Below, in pieces: positions 1 through 11,669 of a stretch of DNA of 48,271 nucleotides (its first letter is position 1; every line of letters starts with the position of its first letter). Origin of the DNA: Atractiella rhizophila (taxonomy: Eukaryota); NCBI GenBank assembly GCA_021432655.1, contig MU271538.1, positions 1 through 48,271 of the forward strand, given 5' to 3'. The position numbers and the translations under genes are program-made. The notes below the pieces were generated by a model, which was given only the letters and a program-made list of their open reading frames with translations, ran no database searches and was not told the origin of the DNA.

Positions 1-26
1 ACACGAACTACTATAGCCAAACCACA

Positions 27-1343
27 GTGCCTGATGGACCCATCTCAGTCCAGACTGCTGTCGCTGATCCATGGTTACAATCCGATCAGACGAAGAATGC
101 TCTCTCAGGATTCCTCAGCAAACCCGTTGGCGCTGGTTATGTGGCAGGGACCTCACGGCCTCAGTTAGTACTAGAAAATGTGAACGACTCTATGTCCAGC
201 ACGCCTCATCCTCTCTTGCAAGCGTCTAGCGTTACGAACTTGCTCCCCATGGAACACATCTCGTCCTTCAAATACAGGAGGCAAGACTCAACCGTCGATC
301 GACCTACCTCAGCCCATACCGCAGTCGAGGACGCGTCACCAACATTCCGTCTCGCTCTGATCGAAAATGAAGTATCGGCATTCCTCGACCAACAAATAGG
401 TCCTGGCTTCGCGGCAGGGACCTCGTTGCCTCAGTTAAGGCTAGAAGACGCAAATGATACGATTAGCAGCAAACCTTATGCTCTCCCCCAATTGTCGAGC
501 ACCTCGAACTTGCTTGCTGCAGTACCACACACTTCGTCCTCTAAGTGCCTTAGCCAAGCGGCGGGTCAACTCAGCTTCGCTGATCCCACATTGCAACTCG
601 ATCAGAGCGAGATCGATAGCTTTTTCTCAGCATTGGGCAACCCACCAGTGGAAGTTGACTTTGCTGCAGTGACACAGTTAGGACTAGGACCAGAAGATGC
701 GAATGCTACTGTGTGCACTAATCCCAGTTCGCTCCCACAATCGTCTGGCACTGCGACCTTCCCTCTTGTTCCTATCACATCACAGGTAGCTCCCAAGTAC
801 CCTGGTCAAACCTTCGCGGATTATCATCCCCTCTTGGCTGCTCCAATCCCCGCTCTCTCGTTGCAAGATCTCGACGGTATCCTCTCGTTTTCCCAGGACC
901 CATCTGTCGATGCTAGCTTTCTGCCAGCAACGTCACCATCTCTGCAGGCAGAAGTCAGAAACATCTCTGATCCCCAAGATCTTTCTGCTTTCTTGAAGCT
1001 TTGGTCGATGCCGACTTCGCAGCCATTCCCCTGTTCGAAATTCAGTTCTCTAGACGGATGCACAACCTGGTTTCGGGAGTTCGAAAAAGGGAGATGGGAA
1101 GCTTATAACTGGCAGTCACGAGCTCTCATTGAAGGTGAATGCGCATACGGCCCCTTTCGTCTCCTAAATTGGCTCAAGACCAAGGATCATGTGCATTCAA
1201 ACGATGCAGGGATGTTCAGCCCTAGTTATTTGCCTGCCATGGAAGTTTGGATTCGTCCCACTGACAACGAGCATCAATACGAGTTATTATCTTTCAAACC
1301 TTTGGGGAAATCCCAGCCGTTCATTTTGGAGGCTTGTTTGTAG
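27..1343 (+). CDS. Orphan protein with ~3.5 internal repeats of ~85-90 aa and a distinct C-terminal domain; probably 5'-truncated by the window edge
   Basis: 438-aa open frame starting at GTG and open to the window start. Repeated units resemble 'GFLSKPVGAGYVAGTSRPQLVLENVND' / 'AFLDQQIGPGFAAGTSLPQLRLEDAND'. No family recognised. Confidence 0.6.
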   Translation: MPDGPISVQTAVADPWLQSDQTKNALSGFLSKPVGAGYVAGTSRPQLVLENVNDSMSSTPHPLLQASSVTNLLPMEHISSFKYRRQDSTVDRPTSAHTAVEDASPTFRLALIENEVSAFLDQQIGPGFAAGTSLPQLRLEDANDTISSKPYALPQLSSTSNLLAAVPHTSSSKCLSQAAGQLSFADPTLQLDQSEIDSFFSALGNPPVEVDFAAVTQLGLGPEDANATVCTNPSSLPQSSGTATFPLVPITSQVAPKYPGQTFADYHPLLAAPIPALSLQDLDGILSFSQDPSVDASFLPATSPSLQAEVRNISDPQDLSAFLKLWSMPTSQPFPCSKFSSLDGCTTWFREFEKGRWEAYNWQSRALIEGECAYGPFRLLNWLKTKDHVHSNDAGMFSPSYLPAMEVWIRPTDNEHQYELLSFKPLGKSQPFILEACL

Positions 1344-1482
1344 GAGTGAGTTGAAGAGATGATTGAGAGGATGAGTATTAAAGTATGTACGGATGAGGAC
1401 TGTCGTTGTTTTGAACCCAAATGCAATGCAATTATGTACGATCCAAAGATTACAAGAAAATCTAGATTGTCCCTACAAGAGA

Positions 1483-3651
1483 TCAAACCAGGCACTTAAC
1501 GTCTCCTTCCAACATAGCGAGTGTAGCTCCCAAGCTCCATCCCAACTCGACTCCATCGACCTGCTTCCCGACCAAAAGCTCCCGAGTGTCATCCAGCTCC
1601 CATCCGACCTCAAGCAGTCCAATCATCCACCCCAGATCCAAACACCACTCCGGTCTTCCTCTCATCTCCTCCTCCAACTCCGCACCGTCGAGCCAAGTTC
1701 CCCAACTCTTCGGACCCTCACAGACATCCCTAGCCATCGACTTCAACTCTCCCAGCGATATAGTTCCCCAAGAAGCGGAGGTGTGAAGAAGGGGTAGGAT
1801 CCTATCTGTGAAGTACGACAAGGCCCAGAGGGGTCCCGAAAAGTGGGCATTCATAAGCGGCTGCCACACACCGCCAAAGCTACACGGTGGGAGAGTGCAA
1901 AGCTGATCCTTGCCGACCGCAAGGTTGACCAGTCGACGACAGGCTTCGTAAGGCTTGTTCCCCTCCGGTCCGTAAAAGGTCACTTCCTTCTTCTCCCGAT
2001 CCTTTGGATCCAGCATGACCTTCTTCTCACTTCCGGGGTAGAAGCAAGGATGTGGTATCCGCGTATCCGACTTCAAGTCGTCCCAAGCCATAGGAGTTTT
2101 TGTGCGCAGGGAGGACCAGAGGGTGGTATGGACCAGGAGGTTATGAATCGTTCGACGGGCCTCCATAAGGCCATAGCCTAGGTGGGAGTGCTGGTAGAGG
2201 AGGTAGGACTCGGGAGAAAAGGTGAGGTTGTAGATGTGAGTGGGCGGAAGTTCGAGAGAAGGATCGAGGGAATGGGGAGAGAAAACGGTTTGAAGAGATG
2301 CGCCGCCTAAATCGATGATACCAGCTGTGTGACTCTTTGATGTACTGGATGCCGGTCCGATGAGGGAAGAGAGGTAGTTTAGTGTTATCCAACTGTATAC
2401 GCCTTTTCCAATCAAGTCAACATTTTATTTGAAACCTCCATAGACTCAACGTTGACGGAAGAGAAAGGGGAACGGAACTGTAAACGTGTTCCACGAGACA
2501 GCCTTTCAATATGGGTGTGCTCTAGATCACCAATGCCACGGCTAATACATCGCCACCTCGAACCTGGCGCACCGTTCTCATTGACTACATGCTTTCCTCC
2601 ACCAGGGTGAGCAGAAAAAATAGCACACAAAGAAAAAAAGCATTCAACCTGTTGTGGCATCTAAATTCATTGACAACAATGCTGCGCGTAACTTTGACGC
2701 TGATAAGTGAAATTGAGAAATATGCACGACACTCCTTCGCTCTCGCCAGAAGAAGGTAGCCAGTCATGAAGATCAAAGGTGCTGCAACGAATAAGTTCAG
2801 AAACAGCAATAAAGTCAAGCAATAATCCAGAATTTCGATCTAACTGCAAACTCCCGTCCCTTTATCAAATAAAAAGACGCACCTTCATCGCTGCCATCCA
2901 TAATCTCCACCGTCGGCGCACCCTCCTTAGTACCGGTCAACGGGAACCCATAACTTCTCTCAATCAATCCCTCGACCTCTCTCAAAATGGCGTCCGCCTC
3001 TCTCTCGCCCAGCAATCTCAGACCAGCTGTCGCTTTAACAGACATAGGACTGCACTTCCACTCGTCCTGAGGCACGCTCTCCTTCGCCTTCTCCAGCAGG
3101 GGAACGAGGGACAATGCTGCGTCTCGAGCGGTAGCGAAAGTAGAAGAGGAGAGACCGGGGTTTAGGGAGAGGAAGACTTCGTTGTCCAGCTTCAAAGACG
3201 GTGCGGAGGTTGACGATGGAGATTGGCAGTAGAGGAACTTGTAGACGTGTATCCGACTGCCTGTGGACCCCGCATCGATCATCATCGCATACTGATGGCT
3301 CCTATGCGGCTTAGGAGGAGGAACGCATAAGGCCTCCCCCTTACTCCCTCCCGCGCTCTTCCCACTCCCGCTTCCTGTGCCTGGAAAGTAGCCGTTTGGG
3401 TCAGAGACGGGGGAGGAGCCGTAGGAGAGGTAGAGTATGAGTATGAAGATGCCGAGGAAGGCGAGGAGCGTGCGGCGGGAGGAGAGCATGCCTTTCTTGT
3501 TGGCGTTGGGCGAGTTGGAGCTGGACGGCGGGAATGTCTGCGGGAGGGGGCTGAAGCGCTTGGAACTGGAGTTGGACGACGAAAACATGCTCGTGCGAGT
3601 TGGTGACGGCGCTGTGGTGGTCCGGGTCGAAGAGGATGAGCGACGGCGCAT
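1483..3651 (-). CDS. GDA1: Golgi guanosine diphosphatase / apyrase (GDA1/CD39 family), type II membrane protein; exons 3651-2883 and 2402-1483
   Basis: Apyrase conserved regions DAGSTGSRIHVY, ATAGLRLL, DGSDEG|VYSWITLNY, DLGGAS and WSLGA, plus an N-terminal TM helix. GT-AG intron 2882-2403 keeps the frame. Confidence 0.93.
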
Positions 3652-3835
3652 CGACTTGTCCACGAAAGTCTCTCCAGTCGCCACAAAAAAATGATCTGAT
3701 CTACGAAAAATGCTTTGAAGTTTCCTTGTCTCCAATTTGAAATGCTCAACTTTTTAACATTATATTTATATGTGCGACATATTTCGTAGCAAAACACGAA
3801 ATCATCAATCGTTTCTCAAATAATCCAACATCTCA

Positions 3836-5290
3836 TCATGGTGGTACATACCAATCGTCCGTAAATTCATGAAATAGACAACTAGTGTTTCTTTCTCTCT
3901 CGAATTCGAAATTATGGCAGATTATCGCCCATTCCTTTGATACAAAGTCTGTAGCGACAATATCAATAATGAGAGCATGCTTGAGGCGTCGAGTGAAGAC
4001 ACGTACTGAAAATTCAAAATCCAATATGCCGGATTCAAACGCAACACATTTATCATTCACAATTTTCTCCTGTGTGCCATCAGCAGCCTGAATACTCCTC
4101 ATCAGTTCTTCCCATTCGCTGTCCTCGATGCATCCGACATCTTCTCCCACGCAAGAATTATAGTTGTGCTCCTCATTGTCGAGAACTGATGAGTGAGCCA
4201 TCCGGCTTCCAAGAGTCTCAGCAGCCCTTTGTTTATCCAACCGTAAGCAACCCTTATGACTAAATATGTACCCTAAACAATCACCCAAAAGCATCAGATA
4301 ATCCAGCAGTAAGCTCCCAGACCGTGCTCACAAGGATAAAGCTCTTTATGTCGCCTCACTTCCATATCCGACTGAATAGCATACCACTCCTTCTCTTCTT
4401 CCGGAAGCCGTTCCCACAACCTCCCCATATACTTCGCCAGGTCCTTCGCCGCCGGGAACAGGGGACGATACTTGGCGTCATTCGCAGAACGAAACAACAT
4501 GAACTTGTTCCGAGGTCTATTGATCCTCTCACCCGTCATTGGGTGCAGCGACGAGTCGTAATACAGTTCTAAGGGAATCCCACATTCTTCAGACCTGTCC
4601 TTAGTGCGTAGACACTTTTTGACGTGAATCGCGAGGGGTAGACCTAGGTAGGTCTCTTTGGAGACTTTGACAACCTTGTGGCCGATCTTCTCGTCCGTGG
4701 GCTCCATCCGGTAGGTTCGTGGTGTTGATGAACTTTCTACTGCTTGCTGAGACTGCACATCTAAACTGAAAGGCGAATTTAAAATCGATTGTCCCCCCAC
4801 TGGTGCGGTAGAAACTGAAACAAAAAGGTCAGACAGGAACGTGATGACAAGAATCCGTACTTTGCGACTCAAAATTTCTTACCACATTTGGCAACCCTAC
4901 AGATTTGTTTTCAGTCGACTGAAAGCTTTGAATCCCGTCTTGATCGTACAATGCTCTGGTGTTGCCTGAAGGAAATGAAAGCGCAGGCCAGTGGTATGTG
5001 CTCGAATATGGGAGTGCATGTTGAAGTGGAGTGTAAAATTGGCCCAGCTCAGTAAAATTGACTGTCGACTGTTCCGAGCTTGGAGTAATATATTTAGGAT
5101 ATGGAGAAGTTCCACAAGTTGGCATGGACGCATTGGGAAATTGAAACGCCATCATTGATGGGAAGTACTGGTCATTGAGAGGATCAATGAAGGAAACTTC
5201 AGCTGGTATTGCTGGTTGAGACTCTGTAGGAAGTTGGTCCGTCGTCCTAGCATGATTAGACATATTGGAGGAAGAAGAAAAATCATCCAT
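3836..5290 (-). CDS. HMG-box transcription factor (SOX/MATA_HMG-like)
   Basis: HMG box RINRPRNKFMLFRS...LAKYMGRLWERLPEEEKEWYAIQSDMEVRRHKELYP. Intron 4882-4815 (GTAAGA..CTGAC..CAG) and a second intron right after YP. Start codon uncertain (5290 or 5446). Confidence 0.85.
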
Positions 5291-6642
5291 ATTTGAGGAT
5301 TCAAAGGTGAAAGTGGTTGTTCCAGGTGATGCAAGAGGAACAAGGGAATTCTTGTTTACATTCTCGGGCGGAAACGCTCTCGAAACAAACAACGAGGAAC
5401 CAGGTTGTCGTCCTTTAAACAGCGACGGGTAGACAGCCTTCATCATTGCCCTTTTGCTGCAGATTAGTTTTCAGAGAGAAGGAACAAGAAATTGTCGTTA
5501 GAATAGAAAATTGGATGGGATATGATGAATCGACGATTGGAAGTTGTATGCCGCATTTAGTGGCGAGTGTTTCCAGTTTTGGTTTTTGAGAACTGTCAAG
5601 GATGCCAGAGATCATGTTGGTGTAGCGATCCTGTAGTGGCTCTTAAGGATGTTATGTTATACTCCGTTTGGTATGCCTCAGAGGCAGTTTAGGCCAGTTT
5701 TCCAGCCCTTTGCATCGAATTTGGCATTTAGTTCGCTTCAAGAATAGCCCATCGTTATGCCTTGTGTTTCTTTCGAGGAACAATAGATTCAATTGGCGAT
5801 CTCCGCAAAAGACTAGAATCAAACACTTCTTTGGCTCTTTGAAGAATGCAAAGGCGAGAAGCCTGCATAGACGGTGGAGAACGGGTCCTTGGAGGTTGCA
5901 AAGATGTAACGTAATGTTGAAATAGTTGACTGCAACATTCCTCAAAAGGAGGACCTTAGTTTCAAATTCAGACGAAAATGGTTGAATTTTGGTACTTCAA
6001 TGCTTTCTGGTCGATCATCCTATCAGCATGCCAATGCTATCTTGAAACAGACCTTAGCTACAACACACAAGTTAACGAGAGGATAATGCTGATGACAGAT
6101 TGTGGTCAGGGATATCATTCCCTTTTCGCTGTAGAAGCTAGGCAGGTACAGAATCACTACTAGTACACCACCTGCGCTAGCTTTTCGAGCATCATTCTCC
6201 CCGTTCTGACAGTGGAGGATAAGGAATGATCCTTGTTGGTCGATTGAAAAGTTGAACTCAGTTCCAGCGGTTCCGAAAACATGGAAACAATGGGCGAGTG
6301 AAACGACGAAGCTGCTTGGGTACAAAACGTTTCTGATCACTCCTCGCGTGGGGTGGGAATCGCTTTGGCGAAAATTAGGTGTCAAATACCCAGTGAAGGG
6401 ACTTGAATGAGGGAAGTTGATGGCTAATGGTTCCTTCCCAAGGTGTGAGCTCAGTGTTCAGTGATTGGGTTTGTGTGCGAGTCTGGTCTAGAGCATGTGG
6501 AGCATAAATATGCGTGTAGATACCTCAGTTTGTGAATTCAAGACAGAAGTTTTTAATAGGATTGTTCAGAAACGAAACAGTGACCACAATCAACCAACCT
6601 GAGAACCGGTCCCACGGTCCCACATCTCTCTAAGAATCTCCT

Positions 6643-7860
6643 TCAATGTTCCCACCGTCGAAAGTGTTGTGGTTGTGGTGTTGTCTCCTTTCGAAGTTGT
6701 CCAGATTGCTGTGCTTCGTGCTGCTCCTCTTGAGAGAACAGCTGCGCATTAGGTGGAGCCTGTGATTGAAATGAGGCGTGAAGCGGAGGCTGTTGGACTT
6801 GGAGATGTTGAGGTTGCGAAAAGTCTTGTGGCTGGAGGTGTAGGAGCCGCTGCGGTTGTGCCAGCGAATACACCGATTCATCGTCACCACCGTAAGAAGA
6901 CTCATCCCTAATAGCGAGCCGTGAGTAGCCACTAAACACACTGGACCGGTCTCCGCTGTACGATGAGTGGGGCCTTGCACTAGAGCCTGGCCTGCTCGGA
7001 TGGGACGTTTGACTGGGGTCGAAGATGTTGGGCATTCTACTGTTTGAATCCAAATATGCATCTTGGGAGGGGTCCGTCTGATGCGAAAAAGGGCTGTAAT
7101 ATCCTCTTTGATCTTCTCTCGAGTAGAAAGCTGGTAGGTCTGTGGCCCTGGAGGGAGGACGTGGAGTACTTGAGAAGCGGGAATGTCCTTCGTGGGTATC
7201 CTGAGACCCATCGTGGTGGAGAGTGGAACCCGATATCAAACTGTCGTTATCACCTCCGTAAAATGATGTGCCGCCATATTGGCTGTACGAAGCTCGGGAG
7301 TCGGAATACCTGGAAGACATGTTCTCGTGGGAGTAAGATGTACGATAGGGGACATGAGAAGTAGACGCCATGGACAAGCTGTCGTCCGCAGAATAAGACC
7401 CACGGTAAGACATTTCGCTGCGTGAATCTTGCGTGGATGAATCATAAGATGACAGGCTATTTTGGCTCCCCCAGTCGCGGATAGAGAGAGAATCGTGCGT
7501 CTGTGGTCGAAATCTTTGTACTCGCTCCACACTCTCGTTGTCAACCAGCGAGACTTCTGACACACTGGGGCTCGGACTCCATGATGATGCCCGCATCCTC
7601 GTCAGGTCCATCTGTTCAAACTCAGGAGAAGGTGAAGGGGTAGTCCACTCAGCGAGAGGATCCAGATTGTCCATCGGGATGGGATCAGGGAGATGCCTTC
7701 CTACTTCCAATCCTTCACCGAACCCTTGACGTTCCGGCTTGATCAAGTCCTCCGTCCGCTGAAGCGAACGCTTTTTAAGTGGTCTTACGTGGGCGCTACA
7801 ACAAAGGATATCAAACTCTTGAGAAAATTGATGGAGGGAGCACTTACTTGCATTTCTCAA
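6643..7860 (-). CDS. Ser/Gln-rich low-complexity orphan protein; true start probably near 7674 (MDNLDPL)
   Basis: 405-aa uninterrupted ORF with disordered S/D/Y- and Q-rich composition. No domain recognised. Confidence 0.6.
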   Translation of the reverse strand: MRNASKCSLHQFSQEFDILCCSAHVRPLKKRSLQRTEDLIKPERQGFGEGLEVGRHLPDPIPMDNLDPLAEWTTPSPSPEFEQMDLTRMRASSWSPSPSVSEVSLVDNESVERVQRFRPQTHDSLSIRDWGSQNSLSSYDSSTQDSRSEMSYRGSYSADDSLSMASTSHVPYRTSYSHENMSSRYSDSRASYSQYGGTSFYGGDNDSLISGSTLHHDGSQDTHEGHSRFSSTPRPPSRATDLPAFYSREDQRGYYSPFSHQTDPSQDAYLDSNSRMPNIFDPSQTSHPSRPGSSARPHSSYSGDRSSVFSGYSRLAIRDESSYGGDDESVYSLAQPQRLLHLQPQDFSQPQHLQVQQPPLHASFQSQAPPNAQLFSQEEQHEAQQSGQLRKETTPQPQHFRRWEH

Positions 7861-8784
7861 CTAACCCTGATTCTAAGCAGCCGTCGCAGGCGGCAGCGTT
7901 CGGTTTACGGACGCATGGAATCTAGCACACAGTCACCTGATGACTGGACTGCATGAGAGCCATTCATACTTTTACTACTTTACAAGGCACTGTTTTCAAA
8001 GTTAATCTCTTGTAGGTGTATCGAGAACAGATAGCCACTGACCGCAGGGACGCTGGCTACTTTCGGTCTTCTTCTTCTTGCTCTTCCGACCCTCTGTAGG
8101 TCTATCCGAGTTATCTCAGTTCAAGGGGGACCGACTAACCCAGGCCAAAGATTCGTTGCAACTTACACGCAAGGTTGATTGGCGCGGCGACATTCTGTAC
8201 AGCCTAAGTCGGGGTGGACGACGAATTCGCAACGTATCTTCCAAACATGTCAATGAGCATTCTTTGCCCCATTGATAAACTGACCTTTCTGGTCCGACAG
8301 CGAGCTGCCCTCATCAAACATGTCAATCCCGGAAGATGATCAGGTCATCATACCACAAGCATTAGGCATGCGCCTTTGCCAGCGTTAGGGCAGACTTTGT
8401 GCTCAGAAGTCCAAGACGTACCTTGCTCCTCCCACCGCAACCAACCTATGGTACAGCGGTCAATAATGAGGTCTTAATCAGGGGTGAGGAGAATGGACAC
8501 CTGTTTCGCTGCTCCACCCTCTGCCGCCTCTTTGCCACACAACAGCTACACAACCCGTTTTGCCCAGCCTAAAGTATGACCAGTGTTGATGAGTTCCACT
8601 GCACCTGTAGCAGTATGAGAACACATGAAAGGCCCACCTTGTGCATTTTACATCCAACTACTTTTCATATTAATGCGATACTCACTATGATGAAGAAGGA
8701 ACCAAACGAACTGCACTGGCGCCTTTCTCCTTCTTGCAATAGGAAAGCGTTTTCTCTATCAGACGGCAGCGTGTCAGCTTGCGA

Positions 8785-9873
8785 TCAGCCTCTTTGCAAG
8801 AGGGATGCGCACCTCGCACAGTGTTGATCTCTACCCTCGTGAGAATATCTTCTAACCTCCGGTTGTTCCACTTCCATCGACATCTCCTGAGTTCCGTTGT
8901 TGTCGACGGGAAGTCGGTTGAGATGGTGCATTTCTACTTCCCCAGTTTCTTCAACCTCCTGCACGCTGCCCTGTTCAGCTCGTGGGGTGAGCTTTCCCGG
9001 CACTGGATGCTCATCGGGGCGCTCCTGAACTTGGACCACATCCCTTTGATCCTCTTCAGATGTTCGCATCGTTTCTGATATTGCACCCTGCATCTGAATC
9101 GTCGAAGGCTGTAGGACAGGGCGAGTAGCTGGCATCCTGCCACGTTGACTGACACTGTGGAAGCGACCATAAAAAGCATCTCAGGCAACCTATAGATTCG
9201 CACAAAGATAAGGAAGGCAGGCACGTACTGACACTCCTCTCGCTTGCCCATTTGAACACATGTCTGACAAGGAAAAGGAGAGTCTGGGCTGAAGGGCTTG
9301 CACTTTCGCTTCCGCTGACGGCAGAGGTCTGCAGTGAAGTTATACGGGATATCCCAGTCGCTGTTGCGCGATGAAAACAGGAACGTACCACACGCTTTCG
9401 AAGTTTTATGTCGCCTGCTCCAACAATGAAGGTGAGCACAGTATTTATTGTTAGACAGAACTAACTTTGACTCCTCTGTGTATATACGGCGCTCGAAAGG
9501 GCTGTGAATAGAATCACCATGTTAAACTCTGGAGATGTAAACGACTTACACACACTGGACCATGGTCCGGCTACGTACGCAAGCAGCGCACGGATGTCCT
9601 GAGACCCAGGTGCAGTGTTTCTACCGATATCGAGTAAAGAGATATATAAGAAGGGTGAATATCGTTGCGCACATGTTTTTGGTGGCATGGAACTTTGATA
9701 CCAAACAAATCATTAATAGGCAAACCTGAGTTGATACATTCGCAGAAAGCAAGGGAACAACATACGACATGGAGGAGGTTTCTTTCTATAAATTTACAGT
9801 AAGCGCACCCTCAGACGGCTGGAGCAACTTACTCCTTTTTGCTATTGCGGTTTTGTTCCCTGTTGACAAGCAT
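8785..9873 (-). CDS. Zn(II)2Cys6 protein with two tandem clusters; 3' end uncertain (may splice further toward ~8450)
   Basis: Exons 9873-9833, 9785-9766, 9692-9673, 9620-9550, 9501-9466, 9414-9389, 9328-9229 and 9154 onward are all GT-AG and phase-consistent. They give CLPCHQKHKHCTWVSGHPCAACVRSRTMVQC and CDLCRQRKRKCKPFSPDSPFPCQTCVQMGKREEC. Confidence 0.85.
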
Positions 9874-10262
9874 GTCAGAAACCGAACGTAATTTCTAGCA
9901 GCATTACAGGTTCATTTCCTTATTCACCCCTCGCCTGTAAAGTTTATATGGACAGGAGGAACGATCCTTTGTTGTTAAGGCGTAAATTATCCGACGCTTA
10001 TCTCCTCCCCCTTGTTGCAATTACACTGTACGTTATTTACCAAGAGTTCGAGACTTTCTTTTGGCCATGCTCGAAATAGTGTTCAATCTTACTTTAGTTA
10101 AGATCATAAATATCGTATTCACAATTCCATACAGACGATCCATGTGGTCACTATTCGCAATATGCTCCGGCTTACCTCCAAGGATTTTTCACCGATCAGA
10201 CCGACGCTACCCCTTCATTTCTCTCGCATGCCACATATGCTATCTGGACTCCTGGGCTACAT

Positions 10263-11669
10263 TTAGCCTTCTCCAGGTCGGAAAGCCGTCGGGGTCATTG
10301 AGTGCCGCCTTCTGTACTCTTCCTCCTCATCTATTCTTCTCCTTTTCTTGACTGTTCCCATCCGTCCACCCGCCAACTCGCGGTCCTGACCCAACTGCGT
10401 TTGGATCGCGGTATTCTCAGGGACTGGAGTGGGAGGAGGAGCAGGGATGAGGAGAAATGATCTCGGTTCCTGTGTTGCAGCAGACGAACTAGCCACTGGA
10501 GGAGAGCCTAGCACTTCCCAGCGACCGGGAGCAAATTCATGTAGCCAGACCCGCTTCCCTACGTGGACAGACTGGTGGAGAGGGATGGTGAAAGAATGAA
10601 CCGAACTAAACGTCCAGGTTGATTGATTTTTTGTTTCATTAGCAGCGATGATTTACGAACCTGCATTCCTCTCCCTTTATCTCGCACAGCATACACTGAG
10701 CCTTGCCAGAATATTTGTAACAGCTGACCTTCATCATCCCATCAGCAAATTTGATGTGGCACACAAAAATTGAGATCTTACCCCTTGCTCGGAACACTGT
10801 GCTGTGGCAAGGCAAGGAATTCAGCCCAAGGAGTCAAAAGTGAAACCGAAATACGCACAACACGGTTCCTTACTTTTGATCGATTTTACTGGCTCCTTTT
10901 GAGCAGCTGTCTTTTGTGATGCAGAAGGCGCCTTCGGCACAGCCTTTCTTTTAGGACGTGCAGACTGGGCAGGAGCTGATGAAACCGATATGTCAATTTG
11001 GTAATTAGCTAGCTAGGAATGCGAAGAAGCAATATGCTTGCCTTTCTCGGATGTGGAGATGCTGGTACTTGATGCACCTTCTTTTTGCTTCTTGGCTCCC
11101 TTCCCTTTCTCTCCTTTCTCCTCTGTTTTCCTTGTAGTTTTCTGAGAAGACTCCTGCTCACTTTTCTTAGAAACAACCATTATCTCAGAAGAAGTGGCTG
11201 CATCAGAATGTTCTGCTACCAGAGTTTTGGCAGACGTGGACGGTTCACTCCGGCTCACGCTGTTGGGATCCGGGTTCGTGGTTCCGGTAAGAGATATTGT
11301 CTTCTTGCTTGAAGTTGCGGCAGCTAAAGACGATGCAGAGATGGAAGGTAGATGAAGCTCCCACGTGGGTGCTGTCACGGATGATGCCAAAGATTGTCTG
11401 ACACTCGGATGCGACGCGTTACATCCCAAGGTTGTATTACCATACTCTTTCGAGCTCGAAGCAATCCTGGAGCCTTGTTCCTTCTCCGTACCTCCCACTA
11501 TATTCGAAGTCGATGTCTTGGACGGTACGCTTGTAGCCTCCGACACGGTTTTGTTCTGGGAAGCAGAGGCAGGTAAGGGAGGGGGAGGATGTACCTTCCA
11601 TGGCCTTGCACTTGAGACGGTTTCCGCCAGAGAGGCTTTGAATGCGTCTGAGGCATTAGTATCCTTCAT
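10263..11669 (-). CDS. ~391-aa Ser/Thr-rich protein with an atypical Zn(II)2Cys6-like motif
   Basis: Exons 11669-11042, 10975-10859, 10801-10782, 10728-10661 and 10605-10263 sum to 1176 nt in frame (first intron GC-AG). Motif CSQCSEQGVSCYKYSGKAQCMLCEIKGEEC. Confidence 0.75.

Noticed and set aside
2550..2575. tRNA or B-box-like GGTTCGA in the GDA1 intron
   Set aside because: No cloverleaf or acceptor stem can be built around it.
2720..2800. TPP riboswitch-like UUGAUC...GCGAAGG
   Set aside because: Lacks the CUGAGA core, and the host gene is unrelated to thiamine.
3836..11669. Mating-type locus
   Set aside because: No homeodomain pair, STE3 receptor or CAAX pheromone precursor recognised; an HMG box alone is insufficient.
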